DNA of 64,000 bases from Longimicrobiales bacterium (GTDB lineage: Bacteria > Gemmatimonadota > Gemmatimonadetes > Longimicrobiales > Gaopeijiaceae). How positions within the stretch are numbered: position 1 is the first letter of the stretch; each line of letters opens with the position of its first letter. Position numbers and translations under genes: made by a program. Positions 38,839 to 48,598 of the stretch are shown piece after piece. The DNA lies in assembly GCA_963664435.2 (NCBI GenBank), contig CAXXKM010000001.1, positions 1,344,001-1,408,000 of the forward strand. Direction: 5' to 3'. A model generated the notes under the pieces. The model had not been told where the DNA came from. It worked only from the letters and a program-made list of their open reading frames with translations, and ran no database searches.

Positions 38839-41800
38839 CGGCTCCCCCGGTCCCAGAAGTCGACGGGCCGGTTGTCCATGCGCCAGGCATCCGGATCGAC
38901 CCACCAGTGCTCCCCAAAGGCCTCATCGCTCGGCCACACCTCGTCGAGGCTGAGGGCGTCCCGCACGATGCCGCCCTGCACCACGTACATGATGTCGGTG
39001 GTGTTGCGGATGTCGTCGAGCGGGTTCGAGTTGAGCACCAGCAGATCCGCGAGCTTGCCCTCCTCGATCGAGCCGATGTCCTCCTCGGCGCCCAGGAACA
39101 CCGCGCCGTGCAGGCTCGCGACTTCGAGCGCGGTCATCGGATCCGTGGCCGACTCCACCATCCAGATCTCCCAGTGCGAGCCGATGCCGTGGGCCTGCCC
39201 GTGCGACCCGATCGCACCCCAGCCGCCCGCTTCGATCACGTCCATCATCCCCAGGGCGATGAGGGGGAAGCTGTAGTCGGTGTCCGGACGCTCCCAGCGC
39301 CGGCGCATGTGGGGGATGACCTGGCGCCAGGGCAGCCATTCGCGCTGCTTGGGGTCGAGCCAGACCTCGCTCTCGGCGAAGAAGAACTCCTCGTTCCAGG
39401 GCCCGATTCCGCCCACGATGAAGGTGGGCGAGTAGGTCGCGCCGGTCTCCCCCAGGAAGCGGCTCAGGTCGCGGTACATGGGCAGGTAGGTCATCGGGTG
39501 CTCGAACGCGGTCTGGCCGTCCATGATCATGCCGATGGTGTAGGGCGTGTCGTTGTTCTCCGAGGTCACCATCAGCCCCTTCCGGCGGGCGATGTCCGAC
39601 ACCCACTGGCGCTGGTCGCGGCGCGGCTGCAGGTACTGCTTGAGGGCGGTCGCGCCCCACGACGCCAGCCGGTTGATGTTCTGCTCGGCGACCTCGTAGC
39701 TGGTCAGGTCGTTCTGGCGGGCGGCGTCGCCGCGGTAGAGGGGGTCGCCGGTGGAATACGTGCGGGGGCCCACCACCTCGCCGGCGCGGATGAGCTCGGC
39801 GCTGGCGAAGACGTTCTGCGACCACATCGAGTTGTCGAGGTTGGTCGTGACCCCGTAGGCGAGATAGATGGCCGACTCGAAGTCGCGCCTGGGGATGAGC
39901 CCCTTGTGCTCGCGGTAGTGGTGGGCGTGCATGTCGATGAAGCCGGGGACGATGGTCTTGCCGGTCATGTCCAAGGTGCGATCGGCCCCGGAGGCGTCGC
40001 ACGCTCCCACGCAGGTAATGCGGCTGCCGTTGACGAGCACCGTGCCGCTTTCGTGCACCGCCCGGTCGTCGAGCGTGACGATGCGCGCGTTGGTGAGCGC
40101 GAGCGTGCCCGAGGGGATGCGCCGGTCGACGCTGAGGCGGATAGCCATGGTGTCGGTGGCGCCGGCGGCCGCGTCGTGGACGAAGAAGCTCTGGCCGCTG
40201 CCGAATTCGATCCGGTCGTTGTCGAGCCAGCGCGGGAAGAGGCCGCCCTCGGTTGTCAGCTGCGTGACCGGGACGGGTGCGCCGGACTTCTCGAGCGCCA
40301 CCGGTCCGCCGCCCACGCCGCCCGGCGGCAGCGGGGCCCAGAAGACGTTGTCGCCCTCCTGGAAGGCCACCCGGTCGCCGTCGGGCGAGATGACGAACTC
40401 GTCGCCGTAGGGGATGGTGGCGTGCACCCGCGGGTCGGAGCCGTCGGGCGCGACCGACATGAGAGCGGTGACGTTGTCGCCGTCGTCCGCCTCGTGTCCC
40501 GCGGGGAAATGGATGCGCCCCTCGGGCCCGAACGAAGCGCGCGTGATCTGGCGCCGGTTTCCGAGCAGCCCGCCGGCGCCGCTGGGGATGGTCGTGATCC
40601 GCGCCTGCGCGCCGCCCGCCGCGGGAACGCGCCAGAGCTCCCAGTACGGGTTCTGGGTCGCGGACCGGGCCCGGGAGGCCGCCCCGCTCCCCCGGGTCAC
40701 CACGACCTCGGAGCCGTCGGGCGACCACACCGGGTGGACGTACTCGGAGGGTGACGTGGTCAACTGCTCGGGGGCGCCGCCGCCGGAGGGGATCTTCCAG
40801 ACATGGCCGCCCTCTCCCCCTTCCCAGGTGGTGTAGGCGACCCAGCGGCCGTCGGGCGACCAGGCGGGCGAATACTCGAACGGTCCGTCCCCGGGGGTGA
40901 GGCGGGTGGGGGCGCCCCCGCCGGCCGGCGCGGTCCAGATCCGCCCCACGGCCTGGAAGGCGACGCGCGCGCCATCCGGCGAGAGGGCGTACCAGCGAAG
41001 CATCTTCGCATCGAAAGGCCCATCGTCGATGCGGAAATCGGCGCGCGTCATCTCCGAAACGGTGCGCTGCACGCGGGCCGAGAAGGGGACGGTGGTCACT
41101 TCCCCGCTGGCCACATCCAGCCTGCGGATTCTGCCTCCCTGGGTGAGGACGATGCCGGAGCCGTCGGCCGTCCAGCCATAGCCCGGCAGGATGCGGAGCG
41201 TCTTGATGCCCTCCGCGTTATCGACCGTGATCGGGTCCATCGCGACATGCTCGCGTCCCGTCTCCAGATCCCGGATCCAGAGGGCGGTGCGGGGTCCGAA
41301 GGCGTGCCCGCGGTAGGAGATCGTGCCCCCGGCGATCCGCCGCGCGAAAGCCAGGTAACGGCCGTCGGGCGAGATCTCGGCGGCGTAGGCGCTCCCGCTC
41401 GACGCGCGCACCTGCTGGGCCGCGGTGCCGCTTGTGATGTTGACGATCTCCCCGCTCGCCAGGTCCTTGCGCCGCACCTGCCAGTGGCCCGCGAGCGCGT
41501 CGCGGCCCTGGAGCCCGGGCGGTCCCGTATACACGTGGAAGTAGAGGTGGCGGCCGTCCCTCGAGGCCGACGGCCAGGCTGCCGAGGGCTGGTCGTCGAC
41601 GACCTGAATGCCCTCGCCGCCGTCCCGATGGTACATCCAGATGCCCCCGCCACCCCCGCCCGGCGCCGTGTTCTGCCGGCGCACGAAGATGTAGTTGCCG
41701 TCCGCCGACCACGCGGGTTCAACCGCCCGGATGGCGCCGTCGAGAAACACCGACCGCGGATTGGACCCGTCCGCGTCCATCACCCACAGGTTGTTCTGCC

Positions 41801-42170
41801 CCTCCCGGTCGCTGATGAAGGCGATGGTCGACCCGTCGGGCGAATACCGCGGGTGGTAGTGGGTGGCCACCCCCGTGCCCCCGGTGAGCAACTCGGCCTC
41901 GCCGCCGTCCTCGGCCGCGACGCGGTAGACGTGGCCCAGCAGGTCGAATGCGACCCACCGCCCATCCGGGGAGATGTCCATCGACATCCAGGTCCCCTCC
42001 TCGGTGGTGAAGTCGATGTCGCGGGTCTCGCCCCGCGCCAGGGTCACGTCCCATTCACCGTTGTCTCCGCCCCCGGCCTCCTGGGATGCAAGCGGGAACG
42101 CGAACACAAGGAGCGCACCGAGGGCTGCGAACGACGATCGGATCGCGGGAGACGGTCGGGGAGGGCGCAT
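38835..42170 (-). CDS. Secreted amidohydrolase with PD40/TolB-like repeats
   Basis: TEEGTWMSMDISPDG, many SPDG repeats, PGFIDMHAH, GSIEEGKLADL. Confidence 0.9.
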   Translation of the reverse strand: MRPPRPSPAIRSSFAALGALLVFAFPLASQEAGGGDNGEWDVTLARGETRDIDFTTEEGTWMSMDISPDGRWVAFDLLGHVYRVAAEDGGEAELLTGGTGVATHYHPRYSPDGSTIAFISDREGQNNLWVMDADGSNPRSVFLDGAIRAVEPAWSADGNYIFVRRQNTAPGGGGGGIWMYHRDGGEGIQVVDDQPSAAWPSASRDGRHLYFHVYTGPPGLQGRDALAGHWQVRRKDLASGEIVNITSGTAAQQVRASSGSAYAAEISPDGRYLAFARRIAGGTISYRGHAFGPRTALWIRDLETGREHVAMDPITVDNAEGIKTLRILPGYGWTADGSGIVLTQGGRIRRLDVASGEVTTVPFSARVQRTVSEMTRADFRIDDGPFDAKMLRWYALSPDGARVAFQAVGRIWTAPAGGGAPTRLTPGDGPFEYSPAWSPDGRWVAYTTWEGGEGGHVWKIPSGGGAPEQLTTSPSEYVHPVWSPDGSEVVVTRGSGAASRARSATQNPYWELWRVPAAGGAQARITTIPSGAGGLLGNRRQITRASFGPEGRIHFPAGHEADDGDNVTALMSVAPDGSDPRVHATIPYGDEFVISPDGDRVAFQEGDNVFWAPLPPGGVGGGPVALEKSGAPVPVTQLTTEGGLFPRWLDNDRIEFGSGQSFFVHDAAAGATDTMAIRLSVDRRIPSGTLALTNARIVTLDDRAVHESGTVLVNGSRITCVGACDASGADRTLDMTGKTIVPGFIDMHAHHYREHKGLIPRRDFESAIYLAYGVTTNLDNSMWSQNVFASAELIRAGEVVGPRTYSTGDPLYRGDAARQNDLTSYEVAEQNINRLASWGATALKQYLQPRRDQRQWVSDIARRKGLMVTSENNDTPYTIGMIMDGQTAFEHPMTYLPMYRDLSRFLGETGATYSPTFIVGGIGPWNEEFFFAESEVWLDPKQREWLPWRQVIPHMRRRWERPDTDYSFPLIALGMMDVIEAGGWGAIGSHGQAHGIGSHWEIWMVESATDPMTALEVASLHGAVFLGAEEDIGSIEEGKLADLLVLNSNPLDDIRNTTDIMYVVQGGIVRDALSLDEVWPSDEAFGEHWWVDPDAWRMDNRPVDFWDRGSR

Positions 42171-42323
42171 GGATGTTCTCTCGCGGTCAAATAGTCGCTT
42201 TCTTCACCAGAGGCGAGCCTGAGGCACTCCATCCCGCGTCGAGGGATGGCTCCTCTGGAGATAGAGCGCGGGCAGCTTCCCGAGCAAGGTCGATCCATGC
42301 GCCCCCCGGCGGAGCGCGAACGA

Positions 42324-42451
42324 CTGGCCGACATCCCCGCGGTTCGCCTACTCCCCTGGCCGACATCCCTGCGGCACGCCTACTCCCCTGGCCGACGTCC
42401 CCGTGGCACGCCTGCTCCCCCGGCCGATGTCCCCGCGGTTCGCCTACTCCC
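42324..42451. repeat. 32-bp tandem repeat x4
   Basis: CTGGCCGACATCCCCGCGGTTCGCCTACTCCC with variants; contiguous, no spacers. Confidence 0.85.
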
Positions 42452-43502
42452 GGCCGCGCCGGCGCCGGAGCGACGCCCGCCGCTGCCGGTAGCTCGTGTA
42501 CGCCCCGGGATCGTCCCCGGCAGTGGCGCGCGTAGGCTCGGAGAAGGCGGTCAGGTGCAGCGCGACCTCCTGATGGATCAGCGCCCCCGCGATCGCGCCC
42601 CTCGCCACGACTCCGACGTCATGCCCCAGCGCGACCGCCGGGTGGACATCGAATGCCCCTTCCAGCAGACGGCTGACGAAGGCTCGCGCGTGCTTCCGCT
42701 TCGCCGCCCGGTCGCGAGCAGCCGGCCGCTCCATCGCGTCGATGGCGTAGCTGCGCACCAGCTTCGGAAAGAACGCCGCGAAGGTTTCGGGCTTGTCGAA
42801 AAGATCCAGGCCGACCTGACGCCTGTCGGTGACGAAGATGGCCCCGACCTGGCCGGCATTGAGGGACAGCTTCTCGACGTAGTCGTCCAGCGTGGCCCCG
42901 TGGCGCTCGTAGATCGCGCTCATCGCCTCGGTCGCCGAGGGCGCTTCCATGCGGTTGGCTTTCGCGCGCACGGAGTCCCATACCGCGCCCTGGTCCGAGC
43001 GCCGGGTCCCCGTCGTACGCATCGATTCGTGCACGGTGTGGAGTCTCTGCGCCCGCCCGCGGCTGTATTGCACCCGCTCGGTCACGGTGAAGTCGGGCCG
43101 GCTGTAGCCCCAGCGCCCGGCCTCCACGCACGACACCGGGATGGTCGTGGTACGCTCGGCCGGTACCAGCAGGGTGAGGTTGGCGATCCGGTTCTGCTTG
43201 GCGCCCACCAGCTCCTCGCCATCGACGATGAGCACGTCGGAATCCGAGCGGTTCTCGACCGCGAGATTCGGGACGCTGCCTCCCTCGTCCACTTCCCGGA
43301 CCGAAACCAGCCCGGTGTGCAGACCTTCCTCGAGGAGCAGGTAGCGGACGGAACTCCGGAGATCCGACGTCAGCGGAAAGACGGTCAGGCCGGCGAAGTG
43401 TCCGGGCTTTCCGACCGACAGGCTGGAGAGCGCGGCCCGGGCGCTGTCGATGGGGGTTTGGATGGCATGAGCGTCGGAGTCGGCAAGGGACGGTTGGCGC
43501 AT
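42444..43502 (-). CDS. ARPP-1 (DUF6569) family protein
   Basis: GSVPNLAVEN, DGEELVGAKQNR, IPVSCVEAGRW, QGAVW, KLVRSYAIDA; AAGGAG RBS. Confidence 0.8.
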   Translation of the reverse strand: MRQPSLADSDAHAIQTPIDSARAALSSLSVGKPGHFAGLTVFPLTSDLRSSVRYLLLEEGLHTGLVSVREVDEGGSVPNLAVENRSDSDVLIVDGEELVGAKQNRIANLTLLVPAERTTTIPVSCVEAGRWGYSRPDFTVTERVQYSRGRAQRLHTVHESMRTTGTRRSDQGAVWDSVRAKANRMEAPSATEAMSAIYERHGATLDDYVEKLSLNAGQVGAIFVTDRRQVGLDLFDKPETFAAFFPKLVRSYAIDAMERPAARDRAAKRKHARAFVSRLLEGAFDVHPAVALGHDVGVVARGAIAGALIHQEVALHLTAFSEPTRATAGDDPGAYTSYRQRRASLRRRRGRE

Positions 43503-43519
43503 GGTGGTATCTCCTTGTA

Positions 43520-43575
43520 TGTTGTCAGTAATCACCAGTTGTTGTCAGTATACAGACTTGACCGGCTTATGTCAA
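43520..43575. promoter_or_regulatory. Operator-like repeats in the divergent promoter
   Basis: TGTTGTCAGTA x2 (20-bp period) and TTGAC-N8-GTCAA; AT-rich. Confidence 0.55.
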
Positions 43576-43651
43576 CAGTAGTTATCAGTTGATACCAGTA
43601 AACGACACTTCCGGGCACAACCGAGGGCGCCGGCAGCCTTAGAGGCAGAGA

Positions 43652-44476
43652 ATGGGCAGCTACACGACGAAGGAACTGGAGCGCGACACCGGCTTCGGCC
43701 GGAGGACGATCGCGTATTACGTACAGGAGGGCCTGCTGCCCCGGGTCGGCCGGCGAGGGCCCCGCACCCGCTATCCCGAACTGGTGCGGGATCGGCTCCT
43801 CTTCATCCGCCGCGTACGCGAGGCCGAGGCGGAGGGTGAGATCCGGCCGGTGCCCCTCCGCGACCTGCGCGGGTTGTTCGAAGCCCTGCCCCAGGGGCTG
43901 GTCGCGAGCGTCGCCGCCGGGGAGACCCCGATGACCGGCGACATCGTGTCGCTTTCATCCGTCGATCAACGTTCGATGGTCGACCGGGTGGCCGCGCTCA
44001 GGAAGCGGCTCCTGGCCGAGCCGCCGGAGCTGGCTCTCAGGTCCCCGGCGCCCCCCCTCCACGAGAGCGAGAGGATGTCCCCGCCTGCGGAAAGGCCCCG
44101 GGACCTCGATGACGACTGGACGCACGTGGCCGCTCCTCGGCCGCCGGAATCGTGGCTGGATGACGATGTCGTCGCCGACGCACCGAGCCCGCCCGGGAGT
44201 CCCGCGGAGCCGGACGAGGACGCCGATGCCCTCGGGAACCAGCTGTCCTGGGTGCTGAACGAGCTCCGGGCCCAGGCCCGCCGCCGGCACGAACTTGCTC
44301 CGGACACGATCGACACCTGGTCGCAGGTCGAGGTTACGTCCGACATCCGACTCGCGATTCGGGGGATGGCGGACGAGGACGCGTTCCTTCTGCGGGTCGC
44401 CGGCCGCCTGCTGCGGCAGCTGCTGGAGAGCCGCACTCCGGCGGCGGAACGAAGCTCGGACGAGTTCGAGGAGTAG
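43652..44476 (+). CDS. MerR-family HTH regulator
   Basis: YTTKELERDTGFGRRTIAYYVQEGLLP...RLLFIRR; C-terminal TWSQVEVTSDIRLAIR. Confidence 0.82.
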   Translation: MGSYTTKELERDTGFGRRTIAYYVQEGLLPRVGRRGPRTRYPELVRDRLLFIRRVREAEAEGEIRPVPLRDLRGLFEALPQGLVASVAAGETPMTGDIVSLSSVDQRSMVDRVAALRKRLLAEPPELALRSPAPPLHESERMSPPAERPRDLDDDWTHVAAPRPPESWLDDDVVADAPSPPGSPAEPDEDADALGNQLSWVLNELRAQARRRHELAPDTIDTWSQVEVTSDIRLAIRGMADEDAFLLRVAGRLLRQLLESRTPAAERSSDEFEE

Positions 44477-44516
44477 GCACCGGACCGGCACCGGACCGGC
44501 ACCGGGCCTGCAGACC

Positions 44517-45437
44517 GTGGAGCCGAGCCGCGGTTCGGCCGCAATCGCGGCGGAAAGCGCCTGCCGCGCGATCGGCCTGGAGTCCTCCGACATCCTGAGC
44601 GCGCGGCCCGTCGGAGGCGGGTGCATCAACCAGGGCACCGCCCTTCGCACCACCCGGGGCGACTTCTTCCTGAAGTGGAACCGGCAGGCCGATCACCGCT
44701 TCTTCGGCGTGGAGGCCGAGGGCCTGGAGGCGCTGGAGGCCGCGGACGCCCTGCGCGTGCCGGCGGTCATCGCCGCGAGCGGGCCCGGGGATGAGGTCGC
44801 CTGGCTGCTCCTCGAGTGGATCGAGGAGGGTCGGCCCGGCAGACGGGACTGGATGCGGCTGGGGCGGGAGCTGGCCGCGCTGCACCGGCATGCGGGCCCG
44901 GCAGGGCCGGGGGCTCGCTTCGGATGGCCCGACGACAACCTGATCGGGTCACTGCCGCAGCCGAACGGGTGGAGCGCCGAGTGGCCCGGCTTCTGGGCGG
45001 AGCGCCGCATCCGTCCGCTGGCGAGGGAGCTTCGCGTGCGGGGCGCCCTGTCGCGGGCGCAGACAGCCGTGGTCGAGGCGGCGGCAGCGCGCGCGGACAA
45101 ACTCCTCGGTCCGGCGGTGGCCGCGGACGGCCCTTCCCTGCTCCACGGCGACCTCTGGTCGGGCAACGTGCTTTTCACCCGCGAGGGCGCCCCCGTCCTC
45201 ATCGATCCGGCGGTGTACGTCGGTCACCGCGAGGTGGACCTGGCCATGGCCGACCTATTTGGTGGCTTTTCCGGGATCTTCCGCGAGGCCTACGAAGACG
45301 CCTGGCCTCTCCAGCCGGGCTACCTGCGGCGGCGGCCGGCGTACCAGCTCTATCCACTCCTGGTGCACGCTAGGCTCTTCGGGGGCGGCTACGCGGCATC
45401 CGCGGTCTCGGCGGCGAGGGCGGCGCTGGGGCTATGA
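44517..45437 (+). CDS. Fructosamine kinase family protein
   Basis: GGGCIN, EAEGLEAL, PSLLHGDLWSGN, DPAVYVGHREVDLAM. Confidence 0.9.
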   Translation: MEPSRGSAAIAAESACRAIGLESSDILSARPVGGGCINQGTALRTTRGDFFLKWNRQADHRFFGVEAEGLEALEAADALRVPAVIAASGPGDEVAWLLLEWIEEGRPGRRDWMRLGRELAALHRHAGPAGPGARFGWPDDNLIGSLPQPNGWSAEWPGFWAERRIRPLARELRVRGALSRAQTAVVEAAAARADKLLGPAVAADGPSLLHGDLWSGNVLFTREGAPVLIDPAVYVGHREVDLAMADLFGGFSGIFREAYEDAWPLQPGYLRRRPAYQLYPLLVHARLFGGGYAASAVSAARAALGL

Positions 45438-45754
45438 AGATTTCCGAACGAGGCCAGATCACGATTCCCAAGCGCCTGCGAGAGCGCTTCGGTTTCCGTC
45501 CGGACGTTGAAGTGCAAATCACGCCGGCGGAGGGTGGACTACTCATACGCAAGCAAACGAACTCCGAACATCCCAGAGCCGTGATCCGGCGCCAACCGCC
45601 GTCGTTTGCCGCCGTTTCGCCCGGTGCAGCCCGAGGCCATATCATCCTTGCTGGGGTCGTAGCGCCCGCGGTCGGGCCGGCGCATGGGGGTGAACGGCGC
45701 GTGGCCGCGGGCCGGACGGCCCCGGGGCGAAGCGATCCTTCGTTCGAGCGGTGA
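45434..45754 (+). CDS. AbrB/MazE/SpoVT-type DNA-binding protein, orphan with aberrant C-terminus
   Basis: MKISERGQITIPKRLRERFG; no toxin gene follows. Confidence 0.65.
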   Translation: MKISERGQITIPKRLRERFGFRPDVEVQITPAEGGLLIRKQTNSEHPRAVIRRQPPSFAAVSPGAARGHIILAGVVAPAVGPAHGGERRVAAGRTAPGRSDPSFER

Positions 45755-45772
45755 ACTCCTCGGGGAGGCAAG

Positions 45773-47020
45773 ATGCGATTGACGCGGATCGGTGTGGTCT
45801 TCTTGACGGGGCTTCTCACCTCGGCGCCCCCGGTCCTGCAGGGACAGGACGGCGTGCCGCGGGTCACGCTCGCGGAGGCGCTGGACGCCTTTGCCGAGAA
45901 CAGCCTGGCGCTGCGCATTGCGCGGGCCGAGGCGGCGGAGATTGCGGGACGGGCGCGCCAGAGTCGGAGCTACGCCAACCCCGCCATCTCGCTCCTGCGC
46001 GAGGATCTGAGCCGTTCGGGCGACGACTACTGGGAAACAACCGCGGGGCTGATGCAGCGCATCGAATGGCCGGGGCGTACGGCCGCCCGCGGCGTGGCCG
46101 CCCGCCACACGATCACCGGGGCCGGCGCCCGGTTCCGCGCCGACTCGCTGCAGTTGGTCTTCGTCGTCCGCGAGGCGTACGTGGGCGCCTGGCTTGCGGA
46201 GGAGGCGGAGCAAACGATCGGGCAGGCCGCGGAGATGATCCAGGTGGTGACGCGAGCGGCCGAACAGCGGCTCGAGGCGGGCGACATTTCGGGGTACGAA
46301 ACCCGTCGGCTGCGCCTGGGCCGGATTCAGGCCGAGAAGGACGAGGCGGACGCGGAGCTCCGGGCCCGCGCCGCCCGCCGGCTGCTGGCGTCGCTGGTTC
46401 TGCCGGCGGTTTCCCTGCACGAGCTGGGACCCGCCGATGCGATTGTGGGCATTCCTCCGGCCATCGCTTCCGGAGCCGCCCTCGATGCCCTCGCCCGCCG
46501 TCCCGACCTGGAGGCGGCCGCGCGCGAGCTGGACGCGGCCCGAGCCGAGCACAGGGTCGCGAACCTGGGGTGGGTGCCCGATCCGACCCTGAACCTGGCG
46601 TACAAGGAGCACGCCGACGGCTTCAAGGGCGCCACGGTCGGGGTGGACCTGCCCCTCCCGATCTTCAACCGCGCGGGGGGCGCCCGGGACGAAGCCGCCG
46701 CGCGCGAATCGGCGGCCCTCTCCAGCCTCGATCTTCTCCGGCGCCAGGCCGAGCTCGACCTGGTGGACGCGTCCGACCGGTACTCGGTCGCGCGTGAGCG
46801 TCTGGAGGGCACGGGCGAGGGCATCATGGCCGAGGCGGAGGTCCTACTGTCGGCGGCGAGGGTGGCGTACGATGAAGGCGAGATGACGCTGGTGGAGTTT
46901 CTGGACGCGACCGGCGCCTTCCGGGACGCCCGACTCAGCGCGCTCACCCTTCGGGCCGAAGCCTGGCTCGCCTACTACAACCTGCTGCGCGCCATGGGTG
47001 CCTCCGGGGAGGAGTCATGA
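45773..47020 (+). CDS. TolC-family outer membrane protein (CzcC-like)
   Basis: Signal peptide; LPLPIFNR, AYDEGEMTLVEFLDA. Confidence 0.88.
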   Translation: MRLTRIGVVFLTGLLTSAPPVLQGQDGVPRVTLAEALDAFAENSLALRIARAEAAEIAGRARQSRSYANPAISLLREDLSRSGDDYWETTAGLMQRIEWPGRTAARGVAARHTITGAGARFRADSLQLVFVVREAYVGAWLAEEAEQTIGQAAEMIQVVTRAAEQRLEAGDISGYETRRLRLGRIQAEKDEADAELRARAARRLLASLVLPAVSLHELGPADAIVGIPPAIASGAALDALARRPDLEAAARELDAARAEHRVANLGWVPDPTLNLAYKEHADGFKGATVGVDLPLPIFNRAGGARDEAAARESAALSSLDLLRRQAELDLVDASDRYSVARERLEGTGEGIMAEAEVLLSAARVAYDEGEMTLVEFLDATGAFRDARLSALTLRAEAWLAYYNLLRAMGASGEES

Positions 47021-48585
47021 TGAGGGGAGCCATGAGGAGGGGAGTCGGGATGGCGCCGGGGTCGGGGGCCGCGACTGCGCCGAGGCCCGGGATCGCCGGC
47101 CCGCTGGTGTGCGGGATCGCCGCGCTTTGGTGCATCGGTTGCGGTTCGGGCGCGGACGATCTTCCGCCGGAGCCCGATCCGGCCTTTGCCGGGGGCGCGG
47201 TCGTAACACACTGGACCGACGCCCTCGAGCTCTTCGTCGAGTACCCGCCGCACGTGCGCGGGCTGGCGGGCGACGTGTGGGCGATCCACCTCACCTGGCT
47301 CGCGGACTGGTCGCCGGTCGAGGAGGGCAGCCTGACGCTGGCGCTGGAAGGGCCGGGTGGAGCGCGCGAGGAGATCGTGATGCCCGCGCCCGCCCGGTCG
47401 GGCGTCTTCACGACGGCTCCCGTGCTGCCGGTGGCCGGGATCTGGCGCGCCGACTTCAGGCTTGCCGCCCGCGGCCGCGAGTACCCGGTCCCGGTGGGCG
47501 AATTCGAGGTCTTCGAGAGCGTCGACGCCCTGGTCCCGGAAGAGGATGTCCCGTCGTCCGGCCTGATCACGCTTCTCAAGGAGCAGCAGTGGACGATGCC
47601 CTTCGCCGTGGCGGCCGCCGAGGAGCGCAGCATTCCCCGTTCGATTCCCGCGGCCGGAGAGATCGTCGCGCCTGCCGACGGCCTCGCGCACGTCTCCGTG
47701 CCGGTCACCGGACTGGTGGTCGTGCAGGGTCCCACGCCCGCCCCGGGGGACGCGGTCGCCGCGGGGCAGACGCTCGCGCTGATCGCCCCCACCAGCCTGG
47801 ACGACTCGTTCGCGCGCATGCAGGTGCGGGTGGCGCACGCGGAGCGGGAGGCGACGCGCGCGGAGCGGCTGTTCGCCGCCGAGGCCATCCCGGAACGCCG
47901 CCTGCTGGAGGCCCGCCACGAACTGGAGGTGGCGCGCGCGGCCTTCGCCGCCGTGGGCGGGATACAGGCGCCGGAGGGCGACGAGGCCGCGCACCTCTAT
48001 GCGCTGCGCAGCCCAATCGGGGGCGTCCTCTCGGAGCGCCATGTCGCTCCCGGGGAGCAGGTGGAGGCGGGCGCGCACGCCTTCACGGTGGTCGATCCGG
48101 CGACGCTCTGGTTCATCGCCCGGCTGCCGGCACGCGAGGCCGCGGCGGCGGGAGGGGTGCGGGAGGCCTGGTTCACGGTCGAGGGGGCGAACGCGACCTA
48201 CACCACCGACCGGGTGGTCTCCACCGGCACCGTCATCGACCCCGAGACCCGCACCCTGCCGCTGCGCTTCGCCATCGCCAACCCGGACGGGACGCTGAAG
48301 GTGGGCATGCTGGCCGAGGGGCGGCTGCTCACGGGAGAGCCGGTCACCGGCGTCGCCGTCCCGTCCGCGGCGATCCAGGACGAGGACGGGCTCGGGGTCG
48401 TCTACGTCGAAGTCGGCGGGGAGAGCTTCCAGCGCCGGGTGGTGGAGCCGGGGCCCTCCGACGGGGTCTGGACGGCGGTCTCCGGCGTGGCAGCCGGCGA
48501 GCGGGTGGTCACCGGGGGCGCCTACCAGGTGTTCCTCGCGTCGCTGGGTGAAGCGGACCTCGCCGATCACGGGCACACACATTGA
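47017..48585 (+). CDS. RND membrane fusion protein (CzcB-like)
   Basis: LRSPIGG, IDPETRTL, GERVVTGGAY, C-terminal HGHTH. Confidence 0.88.
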   Translation: MMRGAMRRGVGMAPGSGAATAPRPGIAGPLVCGIAALWCIGCGSGADDLPPEPDPAFAGGAVVTHWTDALELFVEYPPHVRGLAGDVWAIHLTWLADWSPVEEGSLTLALEGPGGAREEIVMPAPARSGVFTTAPVLPVAGIWRADFRLAARGREYPVPVGEFEVFESVDALVPEEDVPSSGLITLLKEQQWTMPFAVAAAEERSIPRSIPAAGEIVAPADGLAHVSVPVTGLVVVQGPTPAPGDAVAAGQTLALIAPTSLDDSFARMQVRVAHAEREATRAERLFAAEAIPERRLLEARHELEVARAAFAAVGGIQAPEGDEAAHLYALRSPIGGVLSERHVAPGEQVEAGAHAFTVVDPATLWFIARLPAREAAAAGGVREAWFTVEGANATYTTDRVVSTGTVIDPETRTLPLRFAIANPDGTLKVGMLAEGRLLTGEPVTGVAVPSAAIQDEDGLGVVYVEVGGESFQRRVVEPGPSDGVWTAVSGVAAGERVVTGGAYQVFLASLGEADLADHGHTH

Positions 48586-48598
48586 CGGGTATCGGCTG

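Noticed and set aside
42324..42451. CRISPR array
   Set aside because: Units are contiguous with no unique spacers, and there are no cas genes.
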